DNA of 64,000 nt, from contig JBEKIG010000008.1 in NCBI GenBank assembly GCA_050011875.1, positions 1-64,000 on the forward strand, given 5' to 3'. Each line of letters begins with the position of its first letter. Position 1 is the first letter of the stretch. The notes beneath the pieces were generated by a model, which was not told the origin of the DNA, ran no database searches, and was given only the letters and a program-made list of their open reading frames with translations. The translations under genes and the position numbers were made by a program. Of this stretch, positions 29,208 to 38,848 are shown in pieces. Origin of the DNA: Nitrososphaeria archaeon. Lineage in GTDB: Archaea > Thermoproteota > Nitrososphaeria > JACIWG01.

Positions 29208-29254
29208 CGGGTCCGGTGGGATTTGAACCCACGACCTACAGCTTAGGAGGCTGC
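29208..29254 (-). tRNA. 3' part of tRNA-Arg(CCU), positions about 27-73; no 5' acceptor strand or intact D-arm
   Basis: Minus strand: GCAGC-CTCCTAA-GCTGT anticodon arm, AGGTC variable loop, GTGGG-TTCAAAT-CCCAC T-arm, CGGACCC-G; the expected GGGTCCG 5' strand is absent upstream. Confidence 0.85.
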
Positions 29255-29961
29255 AAACTCTATATAGGCTTATTTTCTAAATACCATTAAGTAAAAGGTA
29301 TGTCGACTGCTCCACCCAGAGCCAAAAAAGAGTACGTCGATGTCAGTATAGAGGGGGAAGTAGAATAACAGTTCCTTTATTAAGCCAGACGGGTTCTGAG
29401 CTGGCTTCGTTCTGCACAACGACCCTTCCGATTACAATCCTTCCGATAGAACCGAATGGCAGCGTGTATCGCATTATTTGATTATCAATGCATCATCAAT
29501 CTGTATGCATCAAGTCATGTAAGTATCTTTTTGCCTACAGTTAGAACTACTTTGTTTAAAGAAGATAACAAATTTTCGGAGAAAAGATTGAAGCAATATT
29601 CGGATATGATGAAAAATAAATGACCTTAGGAACCTAAATCAAAGTGAACAACTAAAAGAAACAAATACCGTTCAAAGATTGATTGGAGAAGAAAAAAATG
29701 GAATCATATATTCAAAATAAATCTGAAGTTGATGACATCGCAATTAATAGACTGAAATCTATAGCATGGGAAATCAAAAATACACAGTTTTTAACTAATT
29801 ACTATATAATCCTTAAAGTGCTTTAAGATGAATATTCGACCGTTATATCTAAGGTATATCGATTAGGAAAGCCATGTCCCTTAATCGAACAGAATAATTT
29901 TTAATAAAATTTATAAACATCTATAAAATAGGGGTTTTTAGTTATTGGTGTGATATAATAT

Positions 29962-31614
29962 ATGTCAACAACAGCAATGTCAGGTGTGACTTCCTCAGGT
30001 CAACCCGTGTTGATTTTGAAGGAAGGAACAGGTCAAACAAGGGGTAGAGACGCTCAAAGGAACAACATTATGGCAGCAAAACTGGTTGGTGAAATCGTCA
30101 AATCATCTTTGGGTCCGAGGGGAATGGATAAGATGCTCGTTGACGGTCTAGGTGATGTTACAATTACAAACGACGGGGCAACAATACTTAAAGAAATTGA
30201 TGTGCAGCATCCTGCTGCTAAAGCGATGGTGGAAATTTCGAAGGCGACAGACAACGAAGTCGGCGACGGAACAACTTCCGCAGTAGTTCTCGCAAGCGCC
30301 CTTCTAGATAAGGCGGAGGAACTAATAGACAAGGACGTTCATCCGATAGTCATAGTGGATGGCTACAACAAAGCAGCTGAAAAAGCAAGGGAAATTCTTT
30401 CATCGATTTCAATAAAAGTAGATCCAAAAGATAAGCAATGGCTTACTAAAATAGGCACAACAAGCATGGCAACCAAACTTGTCTCATCTGAAGGCGAATT
30501 CTTATCCAAAATGATCGTCGACGCCATGCTTATGGTGACAGAAGAGCAAAATGGGAAGCTAAAAGTCGACATCGACGACGTCAAGGTAGAAAAGAAAGCA
30601 GGTAGATCTCTTACCGACACAAAACTAATAAAAGGCATAATATTGGACAAAGAAGTTGTTCACAACGGTATGCCGAAGAGGGTGACAAATGCAAGGATCG
30701 CGCTAATTAACTGTCCACTAGAAATTGAGAAAACAGAATTTGACGCAAAGATCAATATCAACAACCCTGAGCAGATTAAGATGTTCCTAGACGAAGAAAA
30801 TAGCATGCTCAAATCGATGGTCGACAAGCTTGTAAACGTAAAAGCAAACGTCGTCGTCTGCCAGAAGGGTATCGATGATATAGCTCAGCACTATCTGGCT
30901 AAGGCAGGAATACTTGCCGTAAGGAGAGCTAAACAATCTGACATAGATAAATTAGCGAAAGCAACTGGGGGAAGAGTCATAACGAGCCTAGAAGATCTCA
31001 GCACGGACGATTTGGGTAAAGCAGAACTCGTTGAAGAAAGAAAAATTGAAGAAGACAAATGGGTCTTTATCGAGGGATGCAAGAATCCAAAATCAGTGAC
31101 ACTATTCCTAAGAGGGGGAACACAGAGAATAGTCGAAGAAGCCGAAAGATCGGTGCATGACGCACTTAGCGTCGTCAAAGACGTGATCCTTGAACCATAC
31201 ATTGTAGTAGGTGCAGGCGCACCAGAAGCAGAAATCGCTTCAAAGTTGTTCGATTGGGCTCAGACATTATCTGGTAGGGAACAGCTTGCAGTACAAAAGT
31301 TTGCTGAAGCAATGGAAGTAATACCTTTGGCTCTTGCAGAAAATGCTGGAATGGACCCAATAGATACTCTGGTAGAGCTAAGGGCAAGACATAGCAAGGG
31401 TGACAAGAACTTCGGTATTAACGCATTCGAAGGAAAGGTTCAAGATGCATCGAAATTCAGCGTTTATGAACCAAAGGCAGTGAAGGAACAGATACTTGCT
31501 GCTGCGACTGAAGCAGCGACCATGATTCTAAGAATAGACGATGTCATAGCATCGAGTAAGACCAGGGCTCCACCTCCATCACCAGGTGGCGGCGGCGGAT
31601 ACCCTGAAATGTAA
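29962..31614 (+). CDS. ths: Thermosome (group II chaperonin) subunit
   Basis: [25 protein letters not shown]; T-rich terminator-like tract after the stop. Confidence 0.97.
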   Translation: MSTTAMSGVTSSGQPVLILKEGTGQTRGRDAQRNNIMAAKLVGEIVKSSLGPRGMDKMLVDGLGDVTITNDGATILKEIDVQHPAAKAMVEISKATDNEVGDGTTSAVVLASALLDKAEELIDKDVHPIVIVDGYNKAAEKAREILSSISIKVDPKDKQWLTKIGTTSMATKLVSSEGEFLSKMIVDAMLMVTEEQNGKLKVDIDDVKVEKKAGRSLTDTKLIKGIILDKEVVHNGMPKRVTNARIALINCPLEIEKTEFDAKININNPEQIKMFLDEENSMLKSMVDKLVNVKANVVVCQKGIDDIAQHYLAKAGILAVRRAKQSDIDKLAKATGGRVITSLEDLSTDDLGKAELVEERKIEEDKWVFIEGCKNPKSVTLFLRGGTQRIVEEAERSVHDALSVVKDVILEPYIVVGAGAPEAEIASKLFDWAQTLSGREQLAVQKFAEAMEVIPLALAENAGMDPIDTLVELRARHSKGDKNFGINAFEGKVQDASKFSVYEPKAVKEQILAAATEAATMILRIDDVIASSKTRAPPPSPGGGGGYPEM

Positions 31615-31701
31615 TAAGCGTTTTCTTCCCTTCTCCTTTCTTTTTTTGTTCTGCATTCATAAACAAATTCTTTTTAAACCGAAGCTCCTAAAGCATCATG
31701 T

Positions 31702-33054
31702 ATGACTGTAGATCGATTTGACGCTGTGGTAGTGGGTGCTGGAACAGGTGGAGCACTTACAGCCTTGACTCTAGCGGAAAAAAATGCTAAAGTCCTCCTT
31801 ATTGACTCTAAAGAGGAGAAGCTGATCGGTAAGAAGGTCTGTGGAGATGCTCTTGGAACCCATCATATAAAGAACGTAGGAATCCCTTTTCCTCCAAAAG
31901 AAACCTTCAAGGGTATGTTAGATACGATTAGGGTCTACTCTCCTTCCACAAAAAATTTTATGAATGTGGAAGGCAAAGGATTTGCATTAAACAGGTATAA
32001 ATTTGGAAGATGGCTCTTAGACATGGCCCTTGATAAGGGTGCAGAGCTATTGCCTGCTACAAGAGCTGACGACATAGTTTTCGAAGACGGCAGAGCAGAA
32101 CAGCTGAAGATTGTTGACACGAAGACCAAGGATTCTAAATACGTAAAGGCAAAATATTTTGTTGATGCATCAGGTTTCATAGGCGCCTTGAGGAGACAGA
32201 TACCGGATACTCTGGGAGTCGATAAAGAAATACGGATGTCGGATGTTGCCATTTTGTACAGAGAAATAAGAAAGGTCGAAAAGGTTGAAGACCTAGGAAT
32301 AGCAAAAATTTTCTTGGACCAAGGTACAGCCCCCGGAGGCTACTGGTGGTATTTTCCACAAGATGAGCGCACACTAAATATTGGAGTAGGAATTCAAGGA
32401 GGAAAGAACATCAACCCAAAAGATGTGTTCACAGAAATAATAAGAGGAAGAACTGATCTACAAAAGTCAGAAATTTTGGATGCAGGAGGAGGTGTAGTAT
32501 CACTCAGAAGAAGTCTCTACACTTTAGTCGCCAACAATGTACTTTTCGTTGGCGATGCAGCTTGCACGGCGAATCCGATACACGGTGGAGGCATCGGCCC
32601 ATCCATGCTAACCGGCAGAGCTTGTGGACAAGCCATAATCAACGCGCTAAATAATACGGAAAAAGAGAAAGAGGAGCTTTGGGCGGCTAACGTAAACTTT
32701 GTAAAGATGTACGGGGCAAAGGCTGCTTCACTGGACGTTTTCAGAATCTTCCTTCAAGCTCTTACAAACGAAGAAATAGAGTTTGGAATGGCTAAGAAAT
32801 TAGTTACAGATGAGGATGTCGCCGACCTCGGATACGGCACAGCAGATCTGTCGATAAAGGACAAAGCTCTAAAAATGCTACGCGGATTTTCCAAGCCTGG
32901 AGTACTAAAACACCTTGCAGAAACAGCGAAGTACATGAAATCTGTTAAACAAGAATACAACAGGTACCCAGCCTACGAGAACTTCCCAGTGTGGGTTGCG
33001 ACGGTCGAAAGGATGTTCAGAGAATATTCGAACAAATACCTGCCACACACCTAA
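31702..33054 (+). CDS. Geranylgeranyl reductase family (DGGGPL reductase-like)
   Basis: VVGAGTGG, KVCGD, PGGYWWYFP (PxxYxWxFP), VGDAA...NPIHGGG. Confidence 0.9.
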   Translation: MTVDRFDAVVVGAGTGGALTALTLAEKNAKVLLIDSKEEKLIGKKVCGDALGTHHIKNVGIPFPPKETFKGMLDTIRVYSPSTKNFMNVEGKGFALNRYKFGRWLLDMALDKGAELLPATRADDIVFEDGRAEQLKIVDTKTKDSKYVKAKYFVDASGFIGALRRQIPDTLGVDKEIRMSDVAILYREIRKVEKVEDLGIAKIFLDQGTAPGGYWWYFPQDERTLNIGVGIQGGKNINPKDVFTEIIRGRTDLQKSEILDAGGGVVSLRRSLYTLVANNVLFVGDAACTANPIHGGGIGPSMLTGRACGQAIINALNNTEKEKEELWAANVNFVKMYGAKAASLDVFRIFLQALTNEEIEFGMAKKLVTDEDVADLGYGTADLSIKDKALKMLRGFSKPGVLKHLAETAKYMKSVKQEYNRYPAYENFPVWVATVERMFREYSNKYLPHT

Positions 33055-33266
33055 TTTTTCCAGTTAATAGCAGGGTAAAATATTTAGTTGCTCAAATTTA
33101 TAATGCTCTAATTCGACTTGGATCTATGTAAAGGGTCTAATAATTATTTGTAATAATTAAATATCGATTTTAATTCCGTTGGAATATGTTTGGAACTTGA
33201 ACATTCCTCCTTATGATATTATAAAGGTTTTATCACGTTATACTTAAAACTAAGTCGATCAACTGC

Positions 33267-33827
33267 CTACGTCTTCTCAAGCATTTTTTCAAGTGTCCAA
33301 GTAACTAGATTCACTATCTCTTTTAAGCGAATCTTTGTTCGGTAATTCTTCACAGTAATCTTTTTTATAAATCCACCGTCTTCCTCGACTGAAAAGGATA
33401 GTAGGTCTTCTTCACCTATAATTCCGCTCCTAGCCTGGTCCTTGTCGGCCTGAACCATTTGAGGTAACTTTTTACCTATAAGATAGGAAGTGAATGGTGG
33501 CGTAGATGTTTTAAGCTTAACTGTTGAGGCAGGTACAACGGTAATTGTATTGGGTGCAAGGTAGGCTGTTGCCACTATTCTCCCATCTTTGATCTTGAGA
33601 GAAACAACTTCCTCTGCTACTTCCTCAGTTTTGGGGATTTCTTCCCTTACCTTTTCAACAGCTTCAGTTTGAATTTCAGCAGCAGGTTTAAACCCCTTCT
33701 GCAGAAGGAAGCTGTCTAAAACAATTAGTGTCTCACGTAACGCGTCTATTTCCTTCTCGAGCGCCTTTATCCTTTCTTCGATCCACACCTTAGTTCCGGC
33801 TACCTTTTTAACGTCTTCTTCGCTCAA
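33267..33827 (-). CDS. Hypothetical protein with N-terminal coiled coil
   Basis: 186-aa ORF, heptad-rich N-terminus, co-oriented with the upstream membrane gene. Confidence 0.7.
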   Translation of the reverse strand: MSEEDVKKVAGTKVWIEERIKALEKEIDALRETLIVLDSFLLQKGFKPAAEIQTEAVEKVREEIPKTEEVAEEVVSLKIKDGRIVATAYLAPNTITVVPASTVKLKTSTPPFTSYLIGKKLPQMVQADKDQARSGIIGEEDLLSFSVEEDGGFIKKITVKNYRTKIRLKEIVNLVTWTLEKMLEKT

Positions 33828-33875
33828 ATCTTCTCACATAAAATGAGCCTTGTTAAGTATATAACTTTTTTATAG

Positions 33876-34517
33876 TTAGGTTAAAAACGTTTTAACACGC
33901 TTTTCGATAGCGAGTATTACAAGTAGCGCACCGACAGAGGCAATTGTCCTTTCATAAATAGTAAGTGGAAATATCACATACCACTCTCCAGAAGTTAATG
34001 AAAGCATAAATATCGAAAGGAAAGTGCCAGTCGCCTGCTGCGCAAAAGTTGAAGATAAAGTACTGAAGAATACGCTAAGACGGGAAGATTTTTTAAAGAA
34101 AAGGATTAGAACAGCGCAGCATGATGCGACGATATGAGGTAAAATATACCACCAAGCTGTAGGATATATTATGCAAAAAAAGAAAGAGAAAAACACCAGA
34201 TATATTGCTGTTATGAAAGGAAATCCTCGTTTATTTAATCCTGCAAAAAAGGCACCTGACGTTGAAATTAAAACACTTAAAAACCCAAACGTAGCTGTCA
34301 TAGAAATGAAATTGCCAGCTGCAAAACTGATGACCATTGAAAGGGCACCGTAATAAGGTCCAAGAATCCAACCGACAACAGGCGGAACAATTATGGCAAG
34401 ACCAAATGAACTCGTACCTCCGATAACAGTTGTTCCTATAGGTACGAATGCAAGGACTATATAAAGGGAGGCAAAGACTATGGCGGCAGAGAGCTTCCTG
34501 CTTGTAATTTTTGCCAT
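33876..34517 (-). CDS. Membrane protein, ECF transporter S-component-like
   Basis: About 6 hydrophobic segments; VGWILGPYYGAL; ERTIA near the C-terminus. Confidence 0.65.
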   Translation of the reverse strand: MAKITSRKLSAAIVFASLYIVLAFVPIGTTVIGGTSSFGLAIIVPPVVGWILGPYYGALSMVISFAAGNFISMTATFGFLSVLISTSGAFFAGLNKRGFPFITAIYLVFFSFFFCIIYPTAWWYILPHIVASCCAVLILFFKKSSRLSVFFSTLSSTFAQQATGTFLSIFMLSLTSGEWYVIFPLTIYERTIASVGALLVILAIEKRVKTFLT

Positions 34518-34670
34518 GAAAGTGAATTGCCAAAGCTACCTTATATAAATCTTATTCTGCTACAGATAGAATGATTTTGAGTTACATCGATAACTATTTT
34601 TTAGCCTTTTAACTAAGCTGGAAAGCTTATTATTCCTATTTATAAATTAGTGAACGTGTGTTGGTTGGCT

Positions 34671-35957
34671 ATGTCCAGGACATCACAATTTTCAGGGTTC
34701 TATAAATTGAGTCTAGAGGAGAAGTTGGAGATAGTGAAGGAGTTCTCAGGCCTGTCTGAAGATGAGGTTTTGCAGCTAAAGACGTCTTCGGCGTTAAAGA
34801 TGGACAGTGCGGAAAGAATGATCGAAAATGTTATTGGAATAATGCCTGTTCCACTCGGCGTCGCCGTCAACTTCCTCATCAACGGCAGAGACTTCCTTGT
34901 ACCTATGGCGATAGAGGAACCATCGGTGGTCGCGGCTGCCAGTAATGCGGCAAGAATGGCAAGAATCAAAGGTGGCTTCTTAGCTTCCAGCACAGAGCCG
35001 ATCATGATTTCACAGATACAGGTAATAAAAATAGAAGATCCCTTCCAAGGGAAGAACGAAGTCTTTAACAGAAAGGCAGATATCATAAAACTGGCGAATG
35101 AGCAGGACCCTTTTCTTGTTTCAGTGGGCGGAGGAGTGAGAGACATTGGAGCGAAAGTTATAGACACCATCAGGGGGAAGATGCTTATCGTAGAACTGTA
35201 CGTCGACTGCAAAGATGCTATGGGAGCGAATGTCGTTAACACGATGGCTGAGGCTGTGGCACCGCTGATAGAAGAAATAACTGGAGGAACCGTGCTCCTG
35301 CGTATTGTAAGCAACCTTGCAACCTTTAGATTAGCTCGGGCTTCTGCGACGTTCGAAAAAGATGTCTTAGGAGGCGAAGACGTTGTCGACGCCATTTTGG
35401 ACGCGTACGCGTTTGCTGAAGCGGACCCGTACAGGTGCGCTACACACAACAAGGGAATAATGAACGGTATCACCGCAGTCGTATTAGCAACCGGAAATGA
35501 TACGAGAGCCATTGAGGCGGGAGCACACGCTTATGCGGCTAGGAATGGGGGATACGGTTCCCTAACGAAGTGGGAAAAGAATCGTTTGGGTGACCTTGTG
35601 GGCTTTATAGAACTCCCACTCGCAGTAGGCATTGTAGGCGGTGCAACGAAATCTAACCCTATAGCGAAAATATGCACAAAAATACTTGGAATCAGGAGCG
35701 CAACCGAACTCGGAGAAGTTATCGCTTCTGTAGGATTAGCGCAGAACTTCGCAGCATTAAGAGCCCTAGCTACCGAAGGAATACAGAAAGGGCACATGAA
35801 ACTTCACGCGAGGAACATAGCTATTATGGCCGGAGCAACAGGCGAACTTGCCGATAAAATAGCAGAGAAGATGGTTCAAGAAGGTAAGGTTAGGATAGAT
35901 AAGGCGAAAGAAATTCTCGAAAAGGTGAAAGAAAGTCAATCTTCAAAGACTGAGTGA
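34671..35957 (+). CDS. mvaA: Class II HMG-CoA reductase
   Basis: ENVIG, EEPSVVAA, DAMGANVVNT, ATHNKGIMNG, GNDTRA, GIQKGHMKLHAR. Confidence 0.95.
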   Translation: MSRTSQFSGFYKLSLEEKLEIVKEFSGLSEDEVLQLKTSSALKMDSAERMIENVIGIMPVPLGVAVNFLINGRDFLVPMAIEEPSVVAAASNAARMARIKGGFLASSTEPIMISQIQVIKIEDPFQGKNEVFNRKADIIKLANEQDPFLVSVGGGVRDIGAKVIDTIRGKMLIVELYVDCKDAMGANVVNTMAEAVAPLIEEITGGTVLLRIVSNLATFRLARASATFEKDVLGGEDVVDAILDAYAFAEADPYRCATHNKGIMNGITAVVLATGNDTRAIEAGAHAYAARNGGYGSLTKWEKNRLGDLVGFIELPLAVGIVGGATKSNPIAKICTKILGIRSATELGEVIASVGLAQNFAALRALATEGIQKGHMKLHARNIAIMAGATGELADKIAEKMVQEGKVRIDKAKEILEKVKESQSSKTE

Positions 35958-36068
35958 ATAAGGCTCGTTAGATGGCTGGCATACTGAATTCATCAAAAGC
36001 AAAATGAAAGAAAATAGTTTTTTTAAAAAGTTTTTTAAGATGTCTGATTGAGAAACCTGCGAACGGGA

Positions 36069-37520
36069 ATGTCACTTAAATCATTTTTTGAACCAGCTTC
36101 GATTGCGATTGTTGGCGCATCTCCAAACATAGACAAGGTGGGCGGTGTTGTCGCCAATACGCTAATAACCAATATGAAAAGAGGTATTCTTAAAGCCAAG
36201 ATCTACCCCGTGAATTCTAAATATGATAGCATATATGATGTACCATGTTATAAGTCGATTAAGGATATTAAAGATAATATCGACCTTTTAATTGTAGCTA
36301 TACCGGCTTCTGCGGTGCCAGAAATAATTAGAGAGGCAGGTGAATCAGGGGTAAAATCGGCTATAATAATTACTTCAGGCTTCAAGGAGGTCGGCAATGT
36401 TCAACTGCAAGATGAAGTGGTAAATGTAGCTAAACAATATGGTATAAGAATTATGGGTCCAAATTGTCTTGGAGTCTATGACTCGCTCACTGGCGTGGAC
36501 TCGCTCTTTCTACCCGAATTTAAACTATTATCTACAGGAAAAGAAGTGTTAGCTACACCAAGACCGCGGCCGGGATCGATAGTTCTTATCAGCCAGAGTG
36601 GTGCGCTGGGCGCGGCCCTACTCGATTACATGGCGGGAATTAACCTCGGTCTAAGGTGCTTTGTAAGCTTTGGAAACAGAGCGGATGTAAATGAATCCGA
36701 ACTTCTGGAATATTTCAAGGAGGATCGTCTAACAAAAGTCATACTGCTCTACCTCGAATCCGTAAGCGATGGCAGACTGTTCCTTGAAGCAGCAAGGAAG
36801 ACCTGCGAAAAAAAGCCTATTATCGCGCTCAAAGTGGGAAAATCTCGGTCTGGTGCAAGAGGGGCGGTTTCGCACACGGGTTCTCTTGCAGGGATGGATC
36901 AGATATATCAGGCCGCATTTGAAGAATGCGGAGTCATCAGAGCTAACACTATAGAAGATCTCTTCGACATGGGTAGAGCGCTCCTTTATCAGCCTCCAGC
37001 GTTAGGCAAGAACGTCGCGGTTTTGACTAATGCGGGTGGGCCTGGAATAATCGCCGCTGACGCACTGGATGCTTCTGGATTGCAGGTTGTTGAACTATCA
37101 GAGGGGTCTAAGAAAATCTTCCAGGATAAAATAAAGGAAGGGGTATTCCCACCCTATATGTCGTATGCAAATCCCGTGGATCTCTCAGCCCAGGTAGGCA
37201 GCGACGCATTCAGAGAAGCCTTGAACATACTCTTGGACGATCCTGTTGTGAACGGAATACTGGTCATAACACTGCATCACACGCCGTTTGTAATGGATGA
37301 TGTCGTCGGAAAAATCGCCGGTCCGGCATTTGAAAAATCCAAGCCTGTTGTAGCAGTCGATATAGGTGCAACAGAAATGGCTCAAGAAATCAGGGCAAGA
37401 TTTGAGAAGTTCAGGGTGCCAGCGTTTAATGCGCCTGAGCGGGCGGCTAGAGCGCTTTACGCGCTAGCCTATTATGGGACATTCCTCAAAGAAAAAATGA
37501 TTGTGCAAGCTCCGCAATAG
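36069..37520 (+). CDS. acdA: Acyl/acetate-CoA ligase (ADP-forming) alpha subunit
   Basis: IVGAS, GPNCLG, ISQSGA, SFGN, catalytic-His motif SHTGSLAG, TNAGG, NPVD. Confidence 0.92.
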   Translation: MSLKSFFEPASIAIVGASPNIDKVGGVVANTLITNMKRGILKAKIYPVNSKYDSIYDVPCYKSIKDIKDNIDLLIVAIPASAVPEIIREAGESGVKSAIIITSGFKEVGNVQLQDEVVNVAKQYGIRIMGPNCLGVYDSLTGVDSLFLPEFKLLSTGKEVLATPRPRPGSIVLISQSGALGAALLDYMAGINLGLRCFVSFGNRADVNESELLEYFKEDRLTKVILLYLESVSDGRLFLEAARKTCEKKPIIALKVGKSRSGARGAVSHTGSLAGMDQIYQAAFEECGVIRANTIEDLFDMGRALLYQPPALGKNVAVLTNAGGPGIIAADALDASGLQVVELSEGSKKIFQDKIKEGVFPPYMSYANPVDLSAQVGSDAFREALNILLDDPVVNGILVITLHHTPFVMDDVVGKIAGPAFEKSKPVVAVDIGATEMAQEIRARFEKFRVPAFNAPERAARALYALAYYGTFLKEKMIVQAPQ

Positions 37521-38064
37521 AGTGATTGAAAGGATGCTGTCCTCAAGCGGGTCAACGGAAGAGTACAGCAAAAAAGTGACCCTGAAGGATGGCTCATCGG
37601 TTCTGCTCAGGAAAGTAAAGGAAGGTGACGAAAAAGCTCTTTTAAACATGTTTACCGGCCTTAAGCCTGAGACGGTATACAACAGATTCTTCAAACTTAG
37701 AAAACCTTTTTCAATCGAAGAAGTAACAAAGATGGTTCTGGTTAAACCGGATGAAGAATTCGCGATAGTGGGGTCACCGTTGCAGCCTTCGGAACTTGAC
37801 GTCATCGCGGATGCGAGATACTATGTTGAAGAGGACATGAACGCAGAGGTGTCTATTGTAGTGCAGGATAGGTGGCAACTTAAAGGATTGGGAACGGCTA
37901 TGTTGAGCCATCTGATAGAAATTGGAAAAGAACATAAGATAAAGTTGTTCTTCGTCTACGTCTTGAGCGATAACGCGGTTATGATTCACGTAGCCAAGAA
38001 GCTAGGCTTCAAACTTAAGTCTCAATCTTATGGTATAACACGGCTGGACCTTAAAGTTGAATAG
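37501..38064 (+). CDS. GNAT acetyltransferase, Pat-like
   Basis: LKDG...LR, RFF, ARY, AEVSIVVQDRWQLKGLGT, N..MI..AKKLGF match the GNAT domain of protein lysine acetyltransferases; start uncertain. Confidence 0.85.
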   Translation: MCKLRNRVIERMLSSSGSTEEYSKKVTLKDGSSVLLRKVKEGDEKALLNMFTGLKPETVYNRFFKLRKPFSIEEVTKMVLVKPDEEFAIVGSPLQPSELDVIADARYYVEEDMNAEVSIVVQDRWQLKGLGTAMLSHLIEIGKEHKIKLFFVYVLSDNAVMIHVAKKLGFKLKSQSYGITRLDLKVE

Positions 38065-38111
38065 AAAATGTCAGAGCACTTTTTTTGGTAAAATCTATCG
38101 TTGACATTCTT

Positions 38112-38816
38112 CTATGCTTTTAATATTATTCTTGCGTCAACGACAACTAGTCCTTTTTCATATACTATAACGGGGTTTAAGTCGACCTGATCTATGACTG
38201 GATTTTCAGTGGAGATCCTTGAAACATTGCATATAACGTCTGCGATTGCATCGACATCGAGAGGTTTCGACCCTCTGAAACCCGAAAGAAGGGGGTAGCC
38301 TTTGACCTTCTTGATCATGTCGATAGCTTCCTCTTTGCTTACGGGAGTGATTCTGAAGATAACGTCCTTCATTATTTCTATTAGAACACCTCCTAAACCG
38401 AACATTACAGCAGGTCCGAATGTCGGGTCGCGCAACATTCCAACAACAACTTCAACAGATTTCGGAGCCATCTTTTCGACGAGAACGCCGACTATTCTTG
38501 CGCTAGGGGCTTTTTCCCTGACGTCATCCAAAAGAGAAGCGTAATCCTCCTTGAGCTGTTGTTCGTCTTTGATGCCTATTCTAACTCCTCCTATATCGCT
38601 CTTGTGGATTATGTCGGGTGAGACGATTTTAACGACAATCGGATATCCGATGCTGTTGGCAGCGGATTCGGCTTCCTCAATCGAATCGACCACTTTGTAG
38701 GGACAAATTGGGATACTGTAAGAAGATAAAATTTCATATGCTTCAGGTTCCAATAGATTCTTTCTGCCTTCTGAGAGAGCGTGCTCAAGTAACTTTTGGG
38801 CTGCCATATCCACCAC
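38112..38816 (-). CDS. acdB: Acyl/acetate-CoA ligase (ADP-forming) beta subunit (ATP-grasp)
   Basis: VKIVSPDIIHKSDIGGV, DPTFGPAVMFGLGG, DLNP, VDARI. Confidence 0.93.
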   Translation of the reverse strand: MVDMAAQKLLEHALSEGRKNLLEPEAYEILSSYSIPICPYKVVDSIEEAESAANSIGYPIVVKIVSPDIIHKSDIGGVRIGIKDEQQLKEDYASLLDDVREKAPSARIVGVLVEKMAPKSVEVVVGMLRDPTFGPAVMFGLGGVLIEIMKDVIFRITPVSKEEAIDMIKKVKGYPLLSGFRGSKPLDVDAIADVICNVSRISTENPVIDQVDLNPVIVYEKGLVVVDARIILKA

Positions 38817-38848
38817 ATTATCCCTTATTTCGATTGAATATTTAATCC

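Noticed and set aside
34700-35512. 270-aa antisense ORF and the many other ORFs opposite rpoA/B, ths, aor and nrdJ
   Set aside because: Shadow ORFs opposite well-supported genes, with no recognisable motifs
31702-35957. GGR and HMGR as members of the terpenoid operon
   Set aside because: They lie 8-12 kb away among core genes and are standard archaeal lipid genes; at most they supply precursors
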